In this document: positions 1-11,607 of the stretch, piece after piece
Numbering within the stretch: the stretch's first letter is position 1
How the letters are laid out: each line of letters begins with the position of its first letter
From: Octopus sinensis
Lineage: Eukaryota
Direction: 5' to 3'
DNA length: 32,465 bases
NCBI RefSeq assembly: GCF_006345805.1
Contig: NW_021832444.1
Span: forward strand, 1-32,465
Program-made: the position numbers and the translations under genes
The notes under the pieces: model-generated
What the model was told of the DNA's origin: nothing
The model's database searches: none
What the model saw: the letters and a program-made list of their open reading frames with translations, nothing else

Positions 1-772
1 ATAAATTTAAACGAAAAACTAGACTAGAATATCACATACACTTCCTCGGAAGAAACCAATCACCATAAACATTACCATGACCACAAACTTTGACGTGGCA
101 TTATCTTTACTAACTTTATTACACACGATTTTCTAGTTTTATGTGTCTGTGAAATTACACATTCATATATTATCATATGATTATGTAATTATGGATATAG
201 TTTGGTATAATTTGTAAGTGTGCAGATTAAAAATTGATTACAATGTAGTTTCTGACGTAGATGTGTTTTAATTAACATGGAATGACGTCATTTGATTATT
301 CTGAGTGCCTCTAAATTCTTTGACCTCGCACATATCGTAGAGAAATAATTTGATCTCAATGAACCATGTTCTAAACATTGAGATTTCACAAAAATATTCT
401 GATATTATTCTCCTGTGCTTTACAGATCCAAAATATTCTGTTTTAGAATCGTTATCTGCGAGGTAACGAAAGAATCGTTTCATCGATATATCGACTCGAT
501 AAAATAAAAAATATTTACAATATATTAAAAATTGTATTGTGTCATCTTTATATTTCATGACTCTTTGATCTTCGATTCAAAAGTTTTCGAATTTATTCTC
601 TTTCGGTCGAGCACTCTTTGACAAGAGACAAAAGCAATTCCTGACTATTTTAGTTAAGATTACTATGATTCCAAACAGAAGAGCCTTCCTGATACTTGTA
701 TTATGAAGATGCGGCGGCGAGCCGACTATTTCGTCAAACTGCAACACGCTGAGAAAAGTAGTTGAGAAATTT

Positions 773-925
773 AGGCGCAGGAGTGGCTGTGTGGTAAGTA
801 GCTTGCTTGCCTACCATATGGTTCCGGGTTCAGTCCCACTACGGGCAAGTGTCTTCTACTATAGCTTCGGGCCGAGCAAAGCCTTGTGAGTGGATTTGGT
901 AGACGGAAACTGAAAGAAGTCCGTC
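773..925 (+). mobile_element. tRNA-derived SINE family A, 5' half (continues at 1408-1675)
   Basis: Starts aggcgcaggagtggctgtgtggtaag (A-box-like), then ggttcagtccc (B-box-like), and ends ggaaactgaaagaagtccgtc. Homologous heads occur at 4436, 20804 and 18995 (minus). Confidence 0.85.
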
Positions 926-1406
926 CTGTGTATGTTAATACATACACCAACCCCATACATACGCACGTCCAGACCAATCTTACGCACTAATACTCTCTCA
1001 TACACACACACACCACACACACACCACACACACCCGTATACATACTAATACATACCCAACCCTATACATACACACATCCAGACCCCTCCCACGCACTTTT
1101 AGCTGGTCACTCAACCCTTTTATCACCCTATTATCTCCCCTTATTTCGCTCTCGCGTCTCATGTTTGATCTTTGACCTCTGGCCGAAATCAGATCGCCAT
1201 GTTGATTCGTTAGCTACTGCACGCATTTTTTTTCTCTCCTTCTTTCTCTGTGTTTTTCTCTCTCTGTGTATCTTTCTGTTGAGAGCGTAGGCTCGAAACG
1301 TTAAAGACTTGTTTTATTTATATTTCCTGAGCGCCATACTAATACAATTGTTCGTTTGTCTTCCACCTGCCTTCGTCTTTTGTTTTTATTTCATAAAGCT
1401 TCCCGT

Positions 1407-1407
<1 letters not shown>
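926..1407 (+). mobile_element. 3' UTR/pseudo-LTR fragment of Penelope-like family PLE-A, inserted in the internal microsatellite of SINE A
   Basis: Reverse complement of about 13231-13800, which lies downstream of a GIY-YIG C-terminus. Contains an HHR-like motif and ends ...aagcttcccgtt followed by (AT)n. Confidence 0.8.
1271..1307 (+). ncRNA. Minimal hammerhead-like motif with non-canonical core (CUGUUGA)
   Basis: UCUUU-CUGUUGA-GAG(CGUAGG)CUC-GAAA-CG-UU-AAAGA: 5-bp stem I, 3-bp stem II, palindromic ACGU stem III. Confidence 0.55.
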
Positions 1408-1479
<72 letters not shown>

Positions 1480-1675
1480 CTGAGTTTGTTCCCTCACCAT
1501 GACTTGACAACCGATGTTGGTGTGTTTATGTCCCCGGCACTTGACTGTTCGGCAAATCAGATCGTTAGAATAAGTACTAGGCTTACAAAGAATAAGTCCT
1601 GGAGTCGACTTGATCGACTAAAAAAGCGGTGCTCCAGCATGGCTGCAGTCAGATGACAAACAAATAAAATAAAAG
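1408..1675 (+). mobile_element. SINE family A, internal (TA)/(TG)n and 3' half
   Basis: gacaaccgatgttggtgtgtttatgtcc...tagaataagtactagg...gcggtgctccagcatggctgcagtc matches 4680-4857 and 22260-22455. Confidence 0.85.
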
Positions 1676-1719
1676 AATCTGAAATATGTAAAAACGCTCC
1701 ATATAACCCCCTCCCCCGT

Positions 1720-3045
1720 ATGGTGCATTTCGAGAACTTACGCTTATCAAAACTATCAACTCCACTAATAAAAGCCACCCTTTCAAAAATAAGGAATAAT
1801 TCTTTTTCAAGGATGAATTTATTTAAAGGTATCCCTAATAAGATATGTACAAAATTTATTCAATTTGATAAAAATAGTTATTATATTTCCATCTCATTAT
1901 CACTCTTACCTAGGGATATTAATTTTATTAAAACAATAACGGAGATTAGTAATTTCGTGCGTGGTATGATTATCCATGCTAAAAAAGTTATCAAATTTCA
2001 TTAATTTTATTTGGATAAATAATATCCCAAAATACTCCTTTTGACATGAACATGGCTACGAGCGACTGAGGTCACCGACCTTACTGAATTTGCAATACTG
2101 CTGCGACAGATAAAGAAAGGACCTGATTGGCGTTTTCAAAAGTCTTTATCTGTTACATGAGACACGAATCTATCGACAACAAACTCGAATGATTTGTACT
2201 TAAATAGAAAGGCGTTGTCTTGTATTAATTGTAATTTTGGGATAGGAAAATACGCATAGAAATATTATTTGGTTTAATACACCATTCAATCTGGAAATGA
2301 CAACCCTAATAACCAAAAAACTTTTACATTACTCAAGAAACATTTTCCGGAACAACATAGTTATTGTAGGATCTTTAACGGGATAACAGAAGAATTATAA
2401 ATCTTTAATAGGGTAGTATAGACATTATAAGACCTTTAACATGAATGCTGTTAAATTATCTCATTCCGCAACCTTATATAAAATAACACTTCTTCGAATG
2501 TAGATAAATTTAGAAGCAGTAGCAATAATAGCAATAATTGTGTTGGCGGTAGCTTTTATGCAAATTGTAACTGGGTTGATAGGAACAATAATTCTTTAGA
2601 AGTCTGTCTTTTAGAAATGCACATATAACATTTACACTGCTAGTAAGAGTTATATAGGTTTAACTGCAAGTAGATATAAAATTCGTTATCATATACACAG
2701 TCATTCATATTGAAATCCTGCTAGAAAGAAGTTGACACTACTTTCAACAGATATCTGGACTCTGAAGTATAGAAATATCTGCTATGACATCAAATGGAAG
2801 ATATCAATAGAGGCCAAGTTTTAAAAAAGTCATTGTGATTCATGTACGATAAAAACAAAAGATATCCTTTTTGCTTAGGATTTAATCTTGAATAAAAATT
2901 CCGAAACTTCTGGAGTCTTGCATGCGTAGCGGGACTGCTAACTGCATCCGAGACACTATACGAAATATTAATGCGTATATTAAAACTAATATAAACAGCT
3001 GAAGAACTTACGACTGAGTGGCGAAACTAGCCTAGTCTAGTGATC
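1720..3045 (+). pseudogene. Decayed Penelope-like retroelement ORF (RT + GIY-YIG), Naiad/Chlamys-type motif set
   Basis: Manual translation across frameshifts. KGIPNKICTKFIQFDKNSYYISIS resembles FIQFDIxxFYPSI; FDMNM..EVTDL resembles FDVTMGSYDGAEVCEL. Also RNIIWFN/PPF...LLKKHFPEQHSYCRIFN, FNMNAVKLSHS, CN...CL, YIGLTASRYKIRY, DIWTLK..IKWKI, CDSC and LNKNSE. Stops, frameshifts and an internal deletion are present. Confidence 0.8.
2994..3043 (+). ncRNA. Degenerate hammerhead motif just 3' of the PLE ORF
   Basis: CUGAAGA-ACUUA(CGAC)UGAGU-GGC-GAAA-CUAG-C-CUAG-UC, with stem III ACUAG/CUAGU and a GUC triplet. Stem I is poorly paired. Confidence 0.5.
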
Positions 3046-3152
3046 TTAGAGACGCTCATAGGGCGGTTATCTCCCCTGTCAGTGTATATACATTGCATGT
3101 TTCTAGCAGCAGCCAAATGACAAACAAATAAAACAGTATACACACACACACA

Positions 3153-3223
<71 letters not shown>

Positions 3224-3231
3224 TCGGGATA

Positions 3232-3585
3232 CTCCGTCGGTTACGACGACGAGGGTTCCATTTGATTCGATCAACGGAACAGCCTGCTTGTGAAATTAAC
3301 CTGCAAGTGGTTGAGCACTCCATACGTAGTTCTTGTGGAGATTCAGCGTGGCACAGAGTGGCACAGCCCTTTGAAATAGAGGTACAAAAGAAACAGGAAG
3401 AAAGAGTGAGAGAAAGTTGTGGTGAAAGAGAACAGCACGGTTCGCCACCACCACCCTGCCAGAGCTTCGTGGAGCTTAAGGTATTTTCGTTAAATAAACA
3501 CTCACAACGCCCGGTCTAGGAATCAAAACCGTGACCCTATGACCGCGAGTCCGCTGCCCTAACCACTGGGCTATTGTGCCTCCAC
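3232..3585 (-). mobile_element. tRNA-derived SINE family B
   Basis: Reverse complement begins ggaggcacaatagcccagtggttagggcagcg. Colinear homolog on the + strand at 31554-31932. Confidence 0.85.
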
Positions 3586-3863
3586 TTACACACATATATA
3601 TATATATATATTGGGGAGAGTAGGAAAGATTTTGAGCATTAAATGTAGATGTGGCGCTGAAGCCTAACCGTGCCTTAGTAAATATCTCACTTTGGTTAGA
3701 AATGTAACGAAAATAGAAACCGAATGCACAAAATGTATTTAATTTTTAAAATTTAAATATGTCCATAAATAACCAGCGAAAGAGTTGTAGTACTTTCTTT
3801 GTTTTAGAATATTCCATCAATAATTTATCAAACACTAAACCCAAACGCACATACGACAAATAA

Positions 3864-3864
<1 letters not shown>

Positions 3865-3945
<81 letters not shown>
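3865..3945. repeat. (TG)n microsatellite
   Basis: About 80 bp of pure TG repeat. Confidence 0.95.
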
Positions 3946-3946
<1 letters not shown>

Positions 3947-4156
3947 AAAGAGTTGGCACGCATATGATGGAGACGTCTGTGTGTGTGTGGCGTGTATGTA
4001 GCTACGATTCGAGTTGATATCGTTGAAAGCCAGAGAGCAGAAAGATACTTGAGTTTGTTTTGAATTCTCACCTGGCTTTCACTGGAATTTTTCTTCTTCC
4101 ACATAGCTTTAGAGTTTACGTAAGTTATTGTGAATAGATGTGTTTGTGTGTGTGTG

Positions 4157-4207
<51 letters not shown>

Positions 4208-4435
4208 GAACATATAGAGAGAGTGAAAGAGTGAGGGGGAAGGAAAGATATACATGTATATTATGTATATTTACATGTGCATGCATGAAGCAACTTTATA
4301 AATCTATTTATACTTGTCACATACACACATACATACATACATACATACATACATACATACGTACATACATATACACATGCATACGTACGAATGCTTATAT
4401 ATATATATATAAATATATATATATATACATACACA

Positions 4436-4594
4436 GTCGCAGGCGTGGCTGTGTGGTAAGAAGCTTGCTTCCCCACCATATGGTTCCGGGTTCAATTCTA
4501 CTGCGTAGCACCTTAGGCAAATGTCTTCAACTATAGCCTCGAGCCGACCAATGGCTTGTGATTGGATTTGGTAGACGGAAACTGAAAGAAGCTG

Positions 4595-4663
<69 letters not shown>

Positions 4664-4857
4664 TCTGTTTGTTCCCCTTGACAACCGGTGTTGCTGTGTT
4701 TATATCGCCATAACCTAGCGGTTCGGCCAAAGAGATCGATAGAATAAGTGCCAGGCGTAAAACAAAAGTACTGGGTCGATTATTTCGACTAAAGATTCAA
4801 GGCGGTGCTCCAGCATGACCGCAATCTAACGACTGAAAGAAGTAAAAGATAAAAGAT
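4436..4857 (+). mobile_element. SINE family A, uninterrupted copy with internal (TA)(TG) microsatellite
   Basis: Head gcaggcgtggctgtgtggtaagaagc, internal repeat at about 4596-4660, tail gactgaaagaagtaaaagataaaag. Confidence 0.9.
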
Positions 4858-4893
4858 ATAATGTATACATACATACATATATATATACATACA

Positions 4894-4924
<31 letters not shown>

Positions 4925-5367
4925 CATACATACATTTATATATACATATAATATATTACATACATACACAAATATCTTATATAAATATATATATATATAT
5001 ATACATACATACACATATATATATATATCATACATATATATATACATACATACACATATATATATATACCAATACAACATATATATATATACATATATAT
5101 ATTATCATACATATACATAGATGTATACATACATATACATATATATACATACTATATATATATATATACATACATATAATATATACATACATATAATATA
5201 TACATACATACATATATATATATACATCTATATATACATACATATATATATATACATACATACATATATATTATATACATACATATATATATACATCATA
5301 TATATATATAATAATACATACAATATATATATATATATATATGCATATATATATATTATACATACAT
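4858..5367. repeat. (TA)/(TACA) compound microsatellite
   Basis: Low-complexity tract abutting the LINE 3' end. Confidence 0.95.
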
Positions 5368-5391
5368 ATCCTTAAATCCTTAAATCCTTAA
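5368..5391 (-). repeat. LINE 3' terminal tandem repeat (TTAAGGAT)x3
   Basis: The + strand reads atccttaa three times. Short tandem-repeat tails are typical of CR1-group LINEs. Confidence 0.85.
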
Positions 5392-5448
5392 AAATGTTTT
5401 AGCCGAAGGCCGCGGCCATGCTGGGGCACCACCGCTGAATGAGCCACA

Positions 5449-8448
5449 CTAGTTTGTGAATCCACCTCTGATACGTGGCACTTGATCAACAAGGGAGTTC
5501 GATGCTGCTGCCCGCATCCGCGTCTCCTGTCGTGAGGTAGGTTCATCTGGGACTTCCAACAAGAAGAGATCCAGTTTAGTTTTAAAGAAACCCACATCCA
5601 CACCATGTAAGTCTCTCAGGCATTTAGGGAGGATGTTGAAAAGCTGTGGTCCTCTGAAACCCAAGCTGTTGCAGTATCTGGACCTGTATTTTGATGGTGA
5701 TGTTGGAATCCTTGGCACCACACGCAGCGGCGCCCCGTTCTGCGTTTAGTAACTTTGAATGCCAAAGTTTGGGATAAGACCCTCCAGGATTTTCCAGATG
5801 TATATTACTGCATATCTCTCCCTCCTCCCCCGCCAGGGAGAAGAGGTTAATACCTTCAGTCTTTCCCAGTAGCTGACATTTTGCATTGAGACGATTTTCT
5901 TTGTGTAGCTTCTCTGAGTTGCTTCGAGTTCTGCTGTTTGTTTTATATTGTGTGGTGACCAAAGTTGGGAGCAGTAGTCCAAGCGGCTGAGGACAAATGT
6001 TTTCCATAGGACCATCAGTGTCTCCTTCTCTCTTGTTCTGAAAGTTCGGAGAATCCATCCAGCTAGCCGTCTGCATTTTATCACCAGATTAGCAATATGC
6101 ATTTGGAAAGATGCATCATTGCTCATGTCAATGCCCAGGTCACGCACTGATTTTGACTCAGGATTGCAATTCTTCCTGGGCCATGTGATCCAGTCTTCAC
6201 GTCATTTACCTTTGTGTGCCAGTAGCGCAGGGCCTGGAACTTACCTGCATTAACTGCATGTTGTTGTCCTCAGCCCACCTGTATATTGTGTCCAGCTCAT
6301 GTTGCAGATGCGCAATATTTTCAGGGTTCTGTATTGCGTGGGAGACCTTTGTGTCATCTGCATAGCTAGCAGGGTGGTCATCGTAGCAACTGAAGGCATG
6401 TCTGAAAGGGCCACTATGAACATCAGTGGCCCCAAGACAGTGCCCTGTGGGACACCGCTTGTTATTTGCGTTTCCCTGGAGGTGGCTCCATTGCTCACAA
6501 CTGCCTGTTTTCTGTCTTTTAGGAAGTTGTGCAGCCACTCTCCAAGTTTCCCGCCTATGCCGAGACCACGCAGTTTATGACAGATCATACCATGGTCGAC
6601 TTTATCAAAGGCTTTTGCAAAGTCAGATATATTACATCCACATTTGAGCCATTTAGTAGCTGTTTCAACACCCCAGTCATAGTGCTGCAGGAGCTGTGTT
6701 AGGCAGCCTCTACCTGGTCGAAATCCATGCTGGGTGTCAGACAGTAAGTCATTTTCTTCAAGGAACATGATTAGTTTCTTACGGACTATTCGTTCCATGA
6801 CTTTGCTGATGTGTGAGGTCAGAGAGATAGGCCTATAATTTTTAGCATCTGCTCTGCTACCTCCCTTATGGATAGGGCATATTACCCCCTCTTTCAGTTT
6901 GACTGGGAGCTTACCACTTGCAAGAAGCTCTGAAAAAGAAGCTGTAGCGGTTTTGCAAGGCTCGTTTGCACGATTGAGAAGGATCGCTGGAATCCATCAG
7001 GTCCAGCAGCTGAGTTTGTGTCAATCTCATCAATGGCTAGTGTGATAATCATCTTCTTCGATGTTGATGTACTCAATTTTTGTCTCTTTGGCCGCTGGTA
7101 AAGTGGCAAAGAATTCTTCTGGGTTGTTTACTTGCCTGTGTCCTAGAGGTGTAGTGAACACACTTTGGAACTGTTCGTTCAGTATTTCACTTATCCTCGT
7201 GGGATTTCCTGTGAGAGAGCCATCTTTTTGGAAGAGAGGTCCTATTCTCTGGTGCACTGTGGCTGTCTCTTTGGCAAACTTAAAGAAAGCTTTAGGGTTT
7301 GATTTTATATTTTCTATTACCCAAGCTTCTTTATCTGCTCTCTCCTTTTCATGGGACTGATGTAGACTTTTCTCAGTTTCCATTAGCATTCTTTCGAGCC
7401 GAGACTTCTCACCACTTTTGGTGTGCTTGCTCAGGCGGTTTGCAATCCTTGTCCGTCGTCTCATAAGAATCCTCCTTTCTCTAGGGATCCTGTTTTTATT
7501 CTTGTGTGTGCTGGCCCTGCACATTGGGACATATTTGTCACATATGGCTTGTATTATGGACATGAAGTGTTTGTGTTTCATGTTTATGTCCGGTGTGGAG
7601 AGACATTCAGGCCAATCCTGTTTGAGGATCTCTTTCTCAATCGACTTCCAGTTGGCTTTATGAAAGTTTAAGTTGGAGAGATGGTGGTGCTTCGTATAGG
7701 CTGTGTGTCTGCGGGGGCTTTTGTTCCATACATAGACAGCTCTATTATGTTGTGATCCGAGATCATTGTCGGCATCACATTAACATTATGGATAATATCC
7801 ATATTGTTTGTAAAGCAGAGATCCAGTATATTATCTGCCCTTGTTGGTTGCAGAACTATTTGCTCCATGAAAGAGGTATTTGTGAGATGGAGCAGGGACT
7901 CCACCTGTGCCTGCTGATGGTGTGTCATCCCTGGGAGCATCTGCCCCCAGGCCATTCCACATTGGGGAGGTTAAAGTCACCCATGAAGAATACACTGTTG
8001 TGCTGTTCAAGGTTGGTGAGGACTTCTCCTATTTTTGTTAGGCAGTCTTCAAACATGCCTGAGTGTTTTGGGGCGTCTGGTGGGCGATATGTAGTGCATA
8101 TGACGATATTCAGTTGTCTTATGTGTACAATTTGAGTTTCACATACTGAGTTTGAATATGACAGCAGACCTGGGGGTGAGGTCATCTCGGATGTACATTG
8201 CAACTCCACCATGGCTCCTCCCTTTTCTATCTGTGCGTATGACTGCATATTGCGGCATGTGTATTTCTGCATCACCTATATCGGGTTCAAGATGCGTTTC
8301 TGTGAGTGCCATGCATATAGCTTGATTGCATGTCACAAGGTCTCTCAGAATGAAATTTTCTTTTTACAGTTTCCGCGCAGCAGCCCTCCTACATTCAGTA
8401 GAAATATTTTTGTGGTGTTGTGTTGGTGTTGGTGTCTGTGGTGGCCAT
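5449..8448 (-). pseudogene. LINE ORF2 (AP endonuclease + reverse transcriptase), multiply frameshifted
   Basis: Endonuclease motifs: LLNVGGL, ALTETHL, RTDRKGRSHGGVAMYI, YRPPD, MGDFNLP, NILDLCFTN, SDHN. RT motifs: AGPDG, NYRPISLTSH, QHGFRPGRGCLTQLL, DFAKAFDKVDH, SGVPQGTVLGP, YADDTK. C-terminal SRLDYCSQLWSP. Confidence 0.95.
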
Positions 8449-9295
8449 CCTGCATCTGTTGGAGGTGGCCTTATGTGGTGGTAGTTCCAGCTTTGTGCTT
8501 GTAGCCAGGTCAGCTGCTGAACAATTTTTTGTGCCATGCACAAAAAGACTGCTGTTCAGCTGCCGCCCTTTCTCACATCTGGGTGAAGCTGGCCACCTGT
8601 TGGGTTTCCGCGCACCACATCTGCATACCGTCTTTCAGTAGTGGTCAGTGCGCTTTTTTCCCTTCTTTTAACTTTTTGTTTTTGTTTTTGTTCTCCCTGA
8701 GGGAGGGACCTCTGTCTCGCGTCCGTGCGGTTTTGGTAGGGCCTCCGATGTGCAAAGCGACAGTTTGCACCTTCAACGCCGTACCAGCAGTCCCCCTCAG
8801 GTAGAATTTGCAGGTGTTTCTTTCCCTGCCCTTACAGTTTTTGCTGGGTCCTCTGCTTTCTCTGGACAGGGCTTCCTTGCCTTGATTCTGTCACCCTTTA
8901 CCTCCTGCTTCCCATCAATTCCAGGGTGCCTTTCCTTTCTTGCGGCCATCGCACCTCTTTGGTCTTCAGTTGTGGTGTTGGAAGCTGGACATGTGTCATC
9001 GTTTCCCTTTGTTCCAGGCTTCTCCATTTGGCTCTGGATGCTTTCCTCATCCTTTTGGCCCTCCCTGCTGCCGTCACCCACCATCCCGAATGATGTCCAG
9101 GGTGTCCATATGTTGCCTGATTAGAGCGTACGAACGGATAACTTCTCTCTTCTTTCGCTCTATCTGGGCGGTGGTTCTCGAAAAATTGTTGCTTTTCAGC
9201 GCCGCAGCAATAATTTCGTTCGGCGAGTCGTCCTCAGCGATCTTCCAAGCGCGGACGAACAATTGCACCTCTCTCGCAGACCAGTTTCTTGCCAT
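8400..9295 (-). pseudogene. LINE ORF1 remnant with N-terminal Myb/SANT-like region and a CCCH zinc finger
   Basis: MARNWSAREVQLFVRAW...FSRTTAQIERKKREV. Restoring one G in a G-run near 8795 gives CKFYLRGDCWYGVEGANCRFAH. Later RYADVVRG. At least three frameshifts. Confidence 0.65.
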
Positions 9296-9600
9296 TTTCT
9301 TCTAGTGAAATATAGGAACAGAGAGAGAGATAGAGAAGGAGAGATATGGAGAGGGAGAAGAGAAAGGAGAAAAGCCAGGGGGGATAGAGAGAGAGACGAG
9401 GGGATTTTCCTGAGAGAAGAGAGAAAGAGAGAAAATAAGAGGGAAAAAAGAGAAAGGTGAGAGAATGGCAGGTCAGCAGGGGGAGAGTGAGCGGGATAGA
9501 GGTGTAGTAGAAAGGGACAGGGTGGAAAAGTGAGACAAGAGGTGGACCCTAGGGGGGGCAGGAGAAGAAAGGCGGAGAGATAAAATGGAGAGAGAGAGAA

Positions 9601-9822
9601 TGAAATGGAGAGGGAGAGAGAGAGGGCAGGATAGAGGTACCAGGGAGTGAAGTAAAGGGACAGAGAGGGTGGTGTGGAGGAAGGAGACAGAGAGAGGAAA
9701 AATGGAGAGGAAGAGAGAGATGAAATGGAGAGGGAGAGAGAGAGGGCAGGATAGAGGTACCAGGGAGTGAAGTAAAGGGACAGAGAGGGTGGTGTGGAGG
9801 AAGGAGACAGAGAGAGGAAAAA
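9601..9822. repeat. 120-bp-period tandem duplication within GA-rich tract
   Basis: 9601-9702 is repeated identically at 9721-9822. Confidence 0.9.
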
Positions 9823-10247
9823 AGAGACAGGGGGGTGGTGAGCCTTAGAGGGAACAGGGAGAGGAAAGGTAGGAAGAAAAAAGGGGGGAAGAGGAAGAGA
9901 GGGGGCGCAACAGAGTGTAGTAAAGGGACAGGGAGGGTGGTGTAGAGAAAGAAATAAGGGGACAGAAGGGGAAGAGGAAAAGGGTTTGACCTGTGAAGGA
10001 GCGGAGAGGAAAAGAGGCAGAGAGAGGGAGGGGGAGTAAAGAGAGAGAGAGAGAAAGAGGGCGGTATATAGATACAAGAGAGAATGAGTGAAGTTGAGGA
10101 ACTGAGAGAGGGGGTGAGGTGAGAGAAAGTTGATCTGAGAGAGATGCAGAAAGAGAAACGATTGCAGAGGGAGAGAGAGGGAGGAGGGGAGAGTGAGAGC
10201 GGAAATAGAGGGTCTGGTGGATGGGGAGACAGATAAGGTATAACAGT

Positions 10248-10540
10248 ATGAGAGAGATAGAAATAGAAATGTAAGAAAGAGAGGAGAGATTATAAAGATA
10301 GAATAGCGCGTATTTTATATCTTTTTAATTATTATTTTCTGTTTGAAAGAACACTAATGATAACAAATAATAAAAATGTATGAGAGAGATAGAAATAGAA
10401 ATGTAAAAAAGAGAAGAGAGCGTGCGTGGCAGGCACGATTATAAAGATTATAAAGATAGAATACCGCGTATTTTTATATTTTTATATCTTTTTGTTTTTT
10501 AATTATTTTCTCTGTTTGAAAGAACACTAATGATAACAAG
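10248..10540. repeat. Imperfect tandem duplication (~130-160 bp)
   Basis: atgagagagatagaaatagaaatgta...tgtttgaaagaacactaatgataacaa occurs twice. Confidence 0.85.
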
Positions 10541-11077
10541 ATAAATAATATCTTACCTTACCGGCTGACAGAGAGTACTTACGTGATTCCTTTTTATAAG
10601 AAAGGATAGATAGACAAGACAGACCTTTATTCCTTTTATTCCCCAAGCGCACTTTGTAAACAAAAGGGGTTTGAGTTTCGATTTAGCACATGCAACAGTT
10701 TCACGATACTTTCTATATTTTCCTAAGCGATTTGGTATTAAGCAGCAAATTTTTCAGAGGCTTTTTTCAGAACACGCAGATATACATCAAAACGAAAATA
10801 TCCTTCTCAAAAATACTGTGTCTTGTTGATTCACAGACGAAGAATAAAATTCACTTCGATTTCGGGAAGTAACACACGTGCGTTTAACACGTGTATTCGC
10901 GAGTATGTTCTAGTTGCAAATAACATCAAAAGCGAAAATATTCTTCTCAATACAGTGACTTGTTGTACTATCACTTATATTCGCTTGCAGACAATTTCGC
11001 TTCTGATAACATCGATCTCTGGAAGGACTTCTTTAATATTTAGGAGAGACACGTTAACACACTTGTTGTTAGTTCAG

Positions 11078-11086
11078 CGCCATCTT
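11078..11086 (-). promoter_or_regulatory. YY1-type motif AAGATGGCG at the inferred LINE 5' end
   Basis: The + strand reads cgccatctt, the last unique bases before the microsatellite. Confidence 0.45.
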
Positions 11087-11087
11087 G

Positions 11088-11226
11088 TATATACATACAT
11101 ATATATATATACATACATATAATATATACATACATACATATATATATATACATACATATATATATATACATACATACATATATATATATATACATACATA
11201 TAATACATACATACAATATATATATA

Positions 11227-11262
<36 letters not shown>

Positions 11263-11490
11263 ATACATACATATATATATATACTATATATATATACATA
11301 CATATATATATATTATATATACATACATATATATATATACATACATACATATATATATACATCATATATATATATATATACATACATATATATATACATA
11401 CATTATATATACATACATATATATATATTATATACATATAATATATTATATACATACATATATATATACATACCTACATATATATATACA

Positions 11491-11531
<41 letters not shown>

Positions 11532-11574
11532 TATATACATATATACATACATACATATATATATATACATATAT

Positions 11575-11606
<32 letters not shown>
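11088..11606. repeat. (TA)/(TACA) compound microsatellite
   Basis: Low-complexity tract between the LINE and the HHR array. Confidence 0.95.

Positions 11607-11607
<1 letters not shown>

Larger units (their letters stand above)
9302..10582 (-). other. Candidate spliceosomal intron in the LINE 5' UTR
   Basis: Donor-like sites CAC|GTAAGT (10582), CCG|GTAAGG (10561) and AAG|GTAAGA (10556). A long pyrimidine tract ends ttcacTAG (9302), 6 nt before the ORF1 ATG. Confidence 0.5.
5368..11087 (-). mobile_element. Probably full-length, decayed CR1-group LINE (~5.7 kb) embedded in TA-rich microsatellite
   Basis: ORF1 and ORF2 (APE+RT) remnants, a 3' terminal 8-bp tandem repeat and microsatellite on both flanks. 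The 5' boundary is inferred from where unique sequence meets the (TA)n tract at 11087. Confidence 0.75.

Noticed and set aside
268-558. 96-aa ORF in AT-rich DNA
   Set aside because: It starts within AT-rich sequence and has no motif, so it is likely spurious.
2640-2930. Selenocysteine-type Naiad endonuclease
   Set aside because: The zinc-finger cysteines are TGT codons. The stops present lie at non-cysteine positions and look like decay.
3835-5375. Many ORFs rich in YI, CV or HT (also at 11040-11455, 20048-20900, 22381-23415 and 31864-32435)
   Set aside because: These are translations of dinucleotide and tetranucleotide microsatellites.
9196-10077. 293-aa ORF on the minus strand
   Set aside because: It is a translation of the CT-rich tract (L/S/P/F low complexity) with no domain.
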